DNA of 53,418 bases, the filler included, from a bacterium (GTDB lineage: Bacteria > UBA9089 > CG2-30-40-21 > SBAY01), in the NCBI GenBank assembly GCA_040757115.1. It is 3 parts of 3 records of this genome, joined end to end, with 100 filler letters (N's around TTAATTAATTAA, not from the genome) between each part and the next. Parts side by side here need not be neighbours in the genome. Positions count along the whole stretch, not along the records: positions 35,842 to 53,418 come from JBFLYA010000071.1; 2 more parts are not named here. One strand, given 5' to 3'. Below are positions 46,241 to 53,418 of this stretch, one piece after another. The translations under genes were made by a program, and so were the position numbers. The notes beneath the pieces are model-generated. The model made no database searches. It was not told where the DNA came from and saw only the letters and a list, made by a program, of their open reading frames with translations. Numbering within the stretch: position 1 is the first letter of the stretch; every line of letters starts with the position of its first letter.

Positions 46241-47329
46241 TTATAAATAACAGTTTTGCCAAATGTGTATAATATTATCGTATGTGGTAATCAGTCTAAT
46301 AACGCCACGACCTATGGATTTAAGTCGATGAGTTTGTAGGAAATTATCCATTTCATCATATCCCTCATCCCTCGGCATCAACAGAACATAATGAAATATT
46401 CTAGTACCAATCTCTCTTACAACTAAAATTGGACGACTATCCGATGGATAAGGTTTATCTCTTTTAGCTGCAAATTCGATTTTTATATTTCTGTTTCTCC
46501 TGCTGAATACTACGGGTCTAACTTCTTCCTGGCCTATTTTTGTAGGAGATATTTTTTCAAACAGATATGCTCTTTCTGATGAATTAGGTTGAACTTTGAA
46601 GAATTGCCTGTTTACATCCACATTAAAATGGATTTGAGTCCATCGATCTCCGGCTTTTGGCACCTCAGCAACCAACATCTTTGAATTTTCTTCGACAGGT
46701 ATTATTTCAATCTCCTCTTTCTCCTCCTCAGATATTTCTTCTGGTTCAACTTCCTCGATAATTTTCCGCTTTCTCCGAATAATTCTATTTTGTCTGGCGA
46801 GTTCTATTATTTCATCATTAATTTCTTTTAAAGAATCCGAATGGATTTCTAAAAACCGCTCCATATCTCCAAGATCAACTTCTTCACCTGGCTCGGAAAT
46901 AAAAACAGAATAAGCTTCAATATTATTTTTTAATCCTCCATGAGTAAGATTACCTGAACCAACAATGATAACTTGTGTTCCATCATTTCGAATAAAGTGG
47001 ACAATCTTGGGATGAAAAACACCTTCCATTCGTTTATAAAATATTTTAACTTTGAAATTTTCGTATTCATTTTCCAGTTCTTTAAGTTTTTCTAGTGCAG
47101 CAGGATCAGTAATAGCATCTATTCCAATAATTAAATCAGTACTACCTCGTTGCAAAAACCTTCTAACATCCGGATCGTCCAAGAGACCACCTATTCCTGG
47201 TCGAGAAGCAAAAGCGAATATGCCTCTCCATAATATGGTCTCCGGGAAAATTAATTGATCGATAATAGCCTCAATAAGATAATGTGGATTTTGACTATGT
47301 GGATCCTGAATGTAAAAATTATATTGCAT
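46241..47329 (-). CDS. Phospholipase D-family (HKD) nuclease, putative restriction endonuclease
   Basis: FAFAS, FHPK...IVGSGNLT.GGL..NIEA, an acidic linker, and a C-terminal putative DNA-recognition domain. Confidence 0.85.
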   Translation of the reverse strand: MQYNFYIQDPHSQNPHYLIEAIIDQLIFPETILWRGIFAFASRPGIGGLLDDPDVRRFLQRGSTDLIIGIDAITDPAALEKLKELENEYENFKVKIFYKRMEGVFHPKIVHFIRNDGTQVIIVGSGNLTHGGLKNNIEAYSVFISEPGEEVDLGDMERFLEIHSDSLKEINDEIIELARQNRIIRRKRKIIEEVEPEEISEEEKEEIEIIPVEENSKMLVAEVPKAGDRWTQIHFNVDVNRQFFKVQPNSSERAYLFEKISPTKIGQEEVRPVVFSRRNRNIKIEFAAKRDKPYPSDSRPILVVREIGTRIFHYVLLMPRDEGYDEMDNFLQTHRLKSIGRGVIRLITTYDNIIHIWQNCYL

Positions 47330-48185
47330 TTTTATCCCCCTGTTGTGATTCACTCATCAACTCTGAATAGAACTTCACCGTTTTTCCTTTTGCCTTCGTC
47401 TTTGGTGGCTTCATAAAAATCAAAATATGCTCATGGACATTTTTAAAAAGAAGGTTAGGTGGATATGGATAACTTCCAAATATCGGTCTTTGAGAACCCC
47501 AGGAGCCCCACTTACCACCAGTGCCGTTTTTATTCCAAATAACCTCATTTACTAATACAAAACCAATATCCCTTAACCGAATAATAAAATCTGCTGCTAA
47601 AGGAAAAGTCAGAAGACCATAATCGGTATGCTGGTTTACATTAGCAGTTACTAGACATATTTTGCGACCAGGCATTAACACCCTATAACATTCTTCAAAA
47701 ACAGGTTGAATTTCCTCAAAGAATTTCGTGTACATATTAATATTGCCCAGATTGATCTCTTTATTCCCATAATCTGCTTTATTCCAATAAGGTGGACTTG
47801 TTACAATGAGTGCAATAGAATTATCTTCAACAAAACCTAACTCCCTACTGTCACCGATGTTAGTAACAAGCTTATCTCCAGGATTAATATTTTTTTCTTC
47901 CAGATCATTTCTCAGGATATTAAGATAATCCTCATTTTGTTCAACACAAATAGCTTTTCTATCTAATTCCAGAGCAATCCTGCCCGTAGTTCCAACTCCT
48001 GCAAAAGGGTCTAACACTGTTTCCCCGACAAAAGTAAACATTTTTATTAGTCTTTTAGGAATTTCCTCTGGAAAAACAGCCGGGTGTTTAGGATGTTTGA
48101 TATTTGCAATCTGCCATACCGTCAATGTATATTCGCGCCACTCATCCTTTGTAATTTTACTCCGCTCCTTTATTTTTGAATCCAT
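47319..48185 (-). CDS. DNA methyltransferase, N4-cytosine type (SPPY), motif I before motif IV
   Basis: HPAVFP and LDPFAGVGTT precede IVTSPPY; C-terminal HEHILIF.K. Confidence 0.88.
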   Translation of the reverse strand: MDSKIKERSKITKDEWREYTLTVWQIANIKHPKHPAVFPEEIPKRLIKMFTFVGETVLDPFAGVGTTGRIALELDRKAICVEQNEDYLNILRNDLEEKNINPGDKLVTNIGDSRELGFVEDNSIALIVTSPPYWNKADYGNKEINLGNINMYTKFFEEIQPVFEECYRVLMPGRKICLVTANVNQHTDYGLLTFPLAADFIIRLRDIGFVLVNEVIWNKNGTGGKWGSWGSQRPIFGSYPYPPNLLFKNVHEHILIFMKPPKTKAKGKTVKFYSELMSESQQGDKNAI

Positions 48186-48188
48186 ATA

Positions 48189-50201
48189 TTACAACTCCTT
48201 TGTTTTGTTATTTTTCTTTGTATCAATTTCATTTTCTCTTCCGCAGACAATTATAGATCTCGTCAACTCTTTGAAATAAGTATATTTTTCTGTCGGCATA
48301 TCAACAAGTTCTAATAATATTCTGTCAATCTCATTTATATTCTCTTCAGCGTTATAAGGACAATAGGTAATAGACTTTACTTTGGAATTATTACTGACTA
48401 TGGGTTTTTTACTAATAGATTCCCATAGTTTAATGCTGTTTTCTTCTACAATAGTTTTTTGCTTTGGGGACAAATCATTAATACTATAAGGCACTCTTTT
48501 TATAAAGGAAAGATTTAAATGAAAACCATCCCCTTCAACTCGCCAAAGCCAATATAGTATCCTGCTTGTAAGTATGCCATAGGCAATATTTGCATCTTTT
48601 TCAGTTTTAAATGAGATCGGAAATAAAGTTGAATATGAATTTTCTTCGTCATTTGTGGAATATGGGTTAAATCGATATATTGAAAGCCAATTATATGAGG
48701 TCCTCCCGACAAATATCCTGTTTGGAGTATGCTTATTAGAATTATCTTCAATAATATCTTGCCTTAATCGACTCTTTCTGTTTAATAGTTTAAAATATAA
48801 AGTTTTTTCAAAATCAGTTCCGATTTTAGGAATGCTTTGTTTTATATTAAGATTTTCTAAACAAGTATGTGTTATGTTTTTAAAAAGAGATGTGCGATTT
48901 CTACTGTTCCATCGCAACAACGGAGTTGTAAAAATAGATTTTTTATTGTTCTTGTTTTGGTCAATGAATATAATCGTGTTTCGTGTTTTAACATCATCAC
49001 CAAATAATGAATCCGGAGTTCTATCAAAATTAGTAAAGTAGCAAATTCTATTAATGTTCATAATGTCTTCCCTGATTTTACAAAATTCCCGGCCAGTATT
49101 GTAAGTAATTGAAAGAGGAACAACTATAGCACCCGCAGAGTGTTGAGGCTTGCATACAGACCACATTATTCTAATAAAATCCGGATATAAATAATCCCCC
49201 CTAATTCTTTTAGAATACGGAGGATTTGTAACAAAAAAGGTGAAATCATTTATTATAGAAAATATCTTTTTTATGAGACTCCTATTTAATTTTGTAGCAT
49301 CCATGACTGCGAGATTTTTTTTAATTGTTTGATAATAATACCAGGGTCTATCAATATTAACATCAGTTTGACTTAAGCAAAATGTTAATAAATTAAACGC
49401 ACTGGATTGAATTGCCTGTCTACTAATATCTATACCATATATCTTTTCTTTGATAAATCGTATTATATCCTCTATTCTATTGGGTATGAATTTTTCGTTG
49501 ATATAGTATTCTACGATTGTTTTTAAAAATAATCCAGAACCACAGGCAGGATCTATCCATTCACCCTGTAAAAAATCTAACCTATCCTTTTTCTTTTCAA
49601 CAATATTTTTTATCATGAAATACGCAACATCTGATGGTGTATAATAAATACCAAATTCCCGTTTTTTCATTCGCTCAAATCCATTTTTCAAGAATAGTTC
49701 ATTGTCCGTTTCATAAATTTCTAATATATATGGATATAGATCTAAAAACATCTCATTATATGATAACTCGCATAATGATTGAGTGCTTATATTATTTAGC
49801 CATTTTTCTAAGGGGTTAATGTCTAATTTAATATACCCATTATAAAACCACATTACACTTTCTAATAAGCCTGCATTTTTATTTACATTATTGGTAGAAA
49901 CTCCTGTGAGCCACATACTTAAAATGGCATTTGTGAGAAGATTTACATTCTTTCCATAATCGGTAGGTGTATTTTCTATTAATGGTGTGTGAACATTAAG
50001 ATTGTTTTTATAGAAATGGCTTAATTCTTCTAACATATTGAGTTCTTTAGCCCTTTTCTTCATTTCTGCAGATATTGTTAAAATCTTTTCAGCCCAGGGT
50101 CTAATAGAATTACCAATAGTCCTGCCGGGTGCTGGTGAAGAGTATCTTATATAGTTTGATTTTTTATGATTTTCAAGGCTTAAGTTAAGTTGTTGTGGCA
50201 T
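48189..50201 (-). CDS. N6-adenine DNA methyltransferase (gamma class) with C-terminal TRD
   Basis: GIYYTP, DPACGSGLF, IYGIDI and NPPY motifs. Confidence 0.88.
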   Translation of the reverse strand: MPQQLNLSLENHKKSNYIRYSSPAPGRTIGNSIRPWAEKILTISAEMKKRAKELNMLEELSHFYKNNLNVHTPLIENTPTDYGKNVNLLTNAILSMWLTGVSTNNVNKNAGLLESVMWFYNGYIKLDINPLEKWLNNISTQSLCELSYNEMFLDLYPYILEIYETDNELFLKNGFERMKKREFGIYYTPSDVAYFMIKNIVEKKKDRLDFLQGEWIDPACGSGLFLKTIVEYYINEKFIPNRIEDIIRFIKEKIYGIDISRQAIQSSAFNLLTFCLSQTDVNIDRPWYYYQTIKKNLAVMDATKLNRSLIKKIFSIINDFTFFVTNPPYSKRIRGDYLYPDFIRIMWSVCKPQHSAGAIVVPLSITYNTGREFCKIREDIMNINRICYFTNFDRTPDSLFGDDVKTRNTIIFIDQNKNNKKSIFTTPLLRWNSRNRTSLFKNITHTCLENLNIKQSIPKIGTDFEKTLYFKLLNRKSRLRQDIIEDNSNKHTPNRIFVGRTSYNWLSIYRFNPYSTNDEENSYSTLFPISFKTEKDANIAYGILTSRILYWLWRVEGDGFHLNLSFIKRVPYSINDLSPKQKTIVEENSIKLWESISKKPIVSNNSKVKSITYCPYNAEENINEIDRILLELVDMPTEKYTYFKELTRSIIVCGRENEIDTKKNNKTKEL

Positions 50202-50250
50202 ATTAGCTCATTTCCTTTCTTTAGTTACATCAACTTGATAACAGCAAAAA

Positions 50251-51174
50251 TTAAAATGAATTTAGTAGTTTTTCTAATTGTTTTGAAATTACGAGGGAAT
50301 TTTCCAAATTGATTCTGGCTAACCGTTTTGCCTCAGCAATTAGTTTTTTTTGCACATCCTCAATTCTCTTCGCATCTTCTAATGGCTTGGGAGATGAGTC
50401 TATAGCAATCACTCTCTGTAAATTGTCTCTTATTTGCCTAATATTTGCATAGTGATAAGATAAATTAAATACTAATTGGCTATTACCCAATAGTCCTAAC
50501 CAGCCTATGTTTATCATTGAGTCCCAAGAATCGGTTATAAAATAACAAAAATCACCCTGATATTTACTTTCAGGTAATTGAGAAAATTTAGCAAGAAAAT
50601 CATCATCCCATTTTATCTCATTAATAATACTTTGAATTAGTTCTCTTTTTCGTTTCTTATCTTCGTCAGTACTAAAAAGATATGATGATTTGGTATAGGT
50701 TAGAATCTCTTGACTCGTTTTAATCTGATTCCCTAATGATTCAACTTGCTTCTTCTCCTGGTTTAACATTTCAGATAATATCTCTACTTGATGACGGATA
50801 TTTTTAAGAGTTTTCTCAGTATTGGTAGCAATAGAATCTGCTCTAACGAGTTGGGTATAGGACAGATCATTATTCTTTTTCATTTGTAATTGTTGTTGTT
50901 GAAATAATTGTGTTTGTGTACCCATTTCATTAAATAACTTGGCGACATTCTCAGCATTTTTCTGAGATTCACGACGAGTATCATTAAGTGCCACAATAGC
51001 AACAAAACAGGCAACGGTAGTCATAAAGCAGGAAATGATAGTCATAAAATTCATAATATTAGAGAATGTAAAAGTTCCTTTCTCTCTCTTCCTATCAGTA
51101 ACATACCATATAAGTAAGATTATTCCATATAAACTGAGTCCCCCTAAAAACCAACCTATCATTAAGCCTAACAT
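50251..51174 (-). CDS. Hypothetical two-TM coiled-coil protein
   Basis: Two N-terminal hydrophobic helices, a Q-rich coiled coil, and a helical C-terminal domain. Confidence 0.7.
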   Translation of the reverse strand: MLGLMIGWFLGGLSLYGIILLIWYVTDRKREKGTFTFSNIMNFMTIISCFMTTVACFVAIVALNDTRRESQKNAENVAKLFNEMGTQTQLFQQQQLQMKKNNDLSYTQLVRADSIATNTEKTLKNIRHQVEILSEMLNQEKKQVESLGNQIKTSQEILTYTKSSYLFSTDEDKKRKRELIQSIINEIKWDDDFLAKFSQLPESKYQGDFCYFITDSWDSMINIGWLGLLGNSQLVFNLSYHYANIRQIRDNLQRVIAIDSSPKPLEDAKRIEDVQKKLIAEAKRLARINLENSLVISKQLEKLLNSF

Positions 51175-51234
51175 CTTTTCTTAACATCCTTTCTTAAGAT
51201 TAAGGTTTCAATGCGTTCAATTGAACTCATAAAT

Positions 51235-51263
51235 AATATACCATATTATTCTAAATCTGTCAA
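51235..51263 (-). promoter_or_regulatory. Sigma70 promoter at the head of the defence operon
   Basis: TTGACA-17 nt-TATATT on the minus strand. Confidence 0.65.
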
Positions 51264-51292
51264 GTGTTTTTTTTAAATTTTTTTAAATTTTT

Positions 51293-52219
51293 TCACGAAA
51301 TTTCAGGAAGGATAATACTTATTTGTGTTCCTGGGAAGAAACTAAGTGCAGATTGTTGAGGTTTAGTAGTATCCCATTCAGGCACTATGCCCAGTTTAGC
51401 TGTTCCTGAGCGAATCATAAACTTACCACCCCATTTTTGTACCAATTTTCTTACATTTGTTAGTCCATGCCCTCTACCTATATCATCATACCGGGATGCA
51501 CCTTCAAATAAAGCAAGCCTGATTGCTTCCAAATCGGACCAATCTTTATAACGACTACTGTACTTATGGGTAAGAGAGTCTTTTATTCCTATCCCTAAAT
51601 CCATAACCGCAATCTTTACCACATACTTGCCTAACCTTTTTTCGTAAAGGTACCTTTGAATGCCCACATACCCCGCAGATTGGCTATGTTCCGGAATATT
51701 CTGACAAATTTCTGATAAAGCGACAATAAAGGAATCAATGGCTTGAGTATCATAGTTAAGATTCGTCTTTAAAATAGTTTCTGCCCTTTGTTTTACTCTG
51801 TCCACAATAGTATGAATATCATCTGTCCCTTCTATCTTTGTAATTTCAAGCAAGACATCTGAGTGTCTACTTCGCAAGAACCGATCTTCTATTTTTATAG
51901 TGGAAGTATCTATTTCAAAGACATTGCCTGCCTTCTCCAAAAAGTCCATCCGCTCAAGATACTTTAACACATCTGTTAATTGAGGCAAGATAAGTATTGG
52001 AATAATGTCTGATTCCTTCTTCAAATACCAACCGATTTCCAATAACCCAACCATCCCATAAGGGTCGATAAACTCAGCTTTGGCTATATTGATAATGGCT
52101 CCATTTTTTATACTATCCTTCTTAGAACTTAATTGGGAAAATAGCCTTTCAAATGTATTTTCATCTAAGGATGTTGGTGAGGATAAACTATCTGCTATGC
52201 GATCTATAATCTTCATCAT
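51293..52219 (-). CDS. STAS-like domain plus GHKL/HATPase (anti-sigma-factor kinase-like) protein
   Basis: FIDP.G, YLERMDF, SEICQNIPEHS (N box), D.G.GI (G1), RG.GL (G2) and GT motifs. Confidence 0.85.
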   Translation of the reverse strand: MMKIIDRIADSLSSPTSLDENTFERLFSQLSSKKDSIKNGAIINIAKAEFIDPYGMVGLLEIGWYLKKESDIIPILILPQLTDVLKYLERMDFLEKAGNVFEIDTSTIKIEDRFLRSRHSDVLLEITKIEGTDDIHTIVDRVKQRAETILKTNLNYDTQAIDSFIVALSEICQNIPEHSQSAGYVGIQRYLYEKRLGKYVVKIAVMDLGIGIKDSLTHKYSSRYKDWSDLEAIRLALFEGASRYDDIGRGHGLTNVRKLVQKWGGKFMIRSGTAKLGIVPEWDTTKPQQSALSFFPGTQISIILPEIS

Positions 52220-52298
52220 CAGCTCCTTTCAATCCCACCTCATAGGGGTAGCATTTACTGCTTCACAACATGAAGCCATAGATAATGTTCTCTAACTC

Positions 52299-52526
52299 CA
52301 GACTTCTCCAAAGTTGAGGTGTCGTTCGCTATAAGATATGGCATTTCAATTAGTTACGAGAATGTCGTTAAATTGGACATTTGCAAATTTCTTGACTCTG
52401 TAACATATTGAATTTAAAAGAGAGATTTTTTGCAATGATTTTGGCTAAAAATTCAACGTGTTTAAAATCAAGAAGTTATCGCTAAAGCTAATGTCCAAAA
52501 ATTTGGAGTCAGGTTGGAGAAGTCTG
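52299..52526. mobile_element. MITE with 13-bp TIR and 5-bp TSD
   Basis: CAGACTTCTCCAA / TTGGAGAAGTCTG; TSD AACTC at 52294-52298 and 52527-52531. Confidence 0.85.
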
Positions 52527-52549
52527 AACTCATTATAATTTTTCGATAA

Positions 52550-52944
52550 GAGTGACTGGACTCTCTGGTTTGATAAAGGTATAAAGTATGCTAAAACAAA
52601 CATACAGAGCATTAAAATAAGTTTATATACTTCTTTCATGATTTTCTCCTGCCTTGTTTTTAGCTAAAGCACCAAAAGAAGCGGTAATAATAGTCTTACC
52701 CGTGCCTCCTTTACCGCTGATAACAACAAGCTCTTTCATTAGTTTGTTCCTTTACCTTTTCTTCCGCATATAACCACAAAACCACCCTGACCGTATCCCT
52801 GCCGATGGGGTTCTACTTCCTTTAAAATCTTCGGCAAAGAAAAGATGGTCTGGCTGGTTGTTATCTCCTTAAAATCGTTCACCTTCAGCAACTCTATTTA
52901 CCAAATACTTTTGTTAAGGATGTAACCTCAATTGCATTTGTCAT
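52550..52944 (-). pseudogene. String of fused gene fragments (ABC ATPase start, SAM-methyltransferase end, MinD-ferredoxin ATPase start, permease start)
   Basis: MTNAIEVTSLTKVFGK*; ...QTIFSLP...EP...GYGQGGFVVI...*; MKELVVISGKGGTGKT (87-bp copy of 42668-42754); MKEVYKLILMLCMFVLAYFIP. Confidence 0.6.
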
Positions 52945-52964
52945 TTCACTTGCTCCGCCATAAC

Positions 52965-53285
52965 TTAAAATGTAACAACTTTATCGCTTTCTTTTATTAT
53001 TTCGTACATATCTTTCATCGTAGAAATCGGACACATTTCCGACCCTTCTTCCTCCCTTGATCTTATACACGTTCCACAGGCATAAATCTTACCGCCGGAT
53101 TTCATAAATTTTTCTGCCTGCTCAATCGTATTGAATTTTTCAGTGCTTATTTTTTGATATTCAACGCCTTTTCCCATAAAAAAGCATTTAACCTCATCTT
53201 TCTGATTCAAACAAAAATTTCCATACCTTAAAGCATTCCAGCATGTTTCCGCATCATTAGTTGAAATAATCAATCCAATTTTCAC
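52965..53285 (-). CDS. DsrE/DsrF-like family protein
   Basis: E..WNALR, FFMG.GVE, ACGTC..SR and C..STM....II.ESDKVVTF motifs. Confidence 0.88.
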   Translation of the reverse strand: MKIGLIISTNDAETCWNALRYGNFCLNQKDEVKCFFMGKGVEYQKISTEKFNTIEQAEKFMKSGGKIYACGTCIRSREEEGSEMCPISTMKDMYEIIKESDKVVTF

Positions 53286-53418
53286 GGTAAGCCTCCTCGT
53301 ATAATATGTTTAATATAGTTATTAATTAATTTATAATTAATATTTAATAATATTTCTCTCCTCATGGGAGAGTTTATGAAATCTTTGATTGTGAACAAAA
53401 AGAAACTTGACTTTTATG

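Noticed and set aside
44067-51263. Second integron array in the minus-strand defence island
   Set aside because: I found no RYYYAAC...GTTRRRY palindromic attC in the short intergenic gaps.

Overview
AT-rich DNA from a diderm bacterium, probably an uncultured lineage. It consists of three contigs joined by artificial N-TTAATTAATTAA-N linkers (18024-18123 and 35742-35841), so adjacency across those points is unproven. Contig 1 holds housekeeping genes (frameshifted wecA-like gene, amidase, tatD, pilT, purQ, purS, ecfT, yggU, ileS, dksA-like, lspA, lgt). Between lspA and lgt lies an apparent integrase-less integron remnant: an attI-like site, then a ~4 kb cassette (TIR, unknown membrane protein, MTase, EcoRV-like REase, MTase) closed by an attC, then a decayed DUF433/DUF5615 toxin-antitoxin cassette. 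Contig 2 is a 2,915-aa RHS polymorphic toxin with a colicin E5-like tip, followed by four replacement toxin cassettes. All four start at the same codon of the main gene and sit behind a conserved non-coding leader with a GGTCGCATCTTGAATTGTGAATTG motif and a boxA-like element. Contig 3 has a nested MITE graveyard, a metal-uptake operon led by a DUF2946/RAPP peptide, and a nested defence island. The island holds two MTases plus a PLD nuclease, a TM-macrodomain plus HYD1-type ADP-ribosyltransferase pair, and DUF3800 facing a promoter-driven structured ncRNA; it splits a STAS/HATPase gene pair. Intergenic DNA is packed with non-autonomous elements of several TIR families, many with exact target-site duplications. 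All family assignments come from motif recognition by eye, not from database searches.
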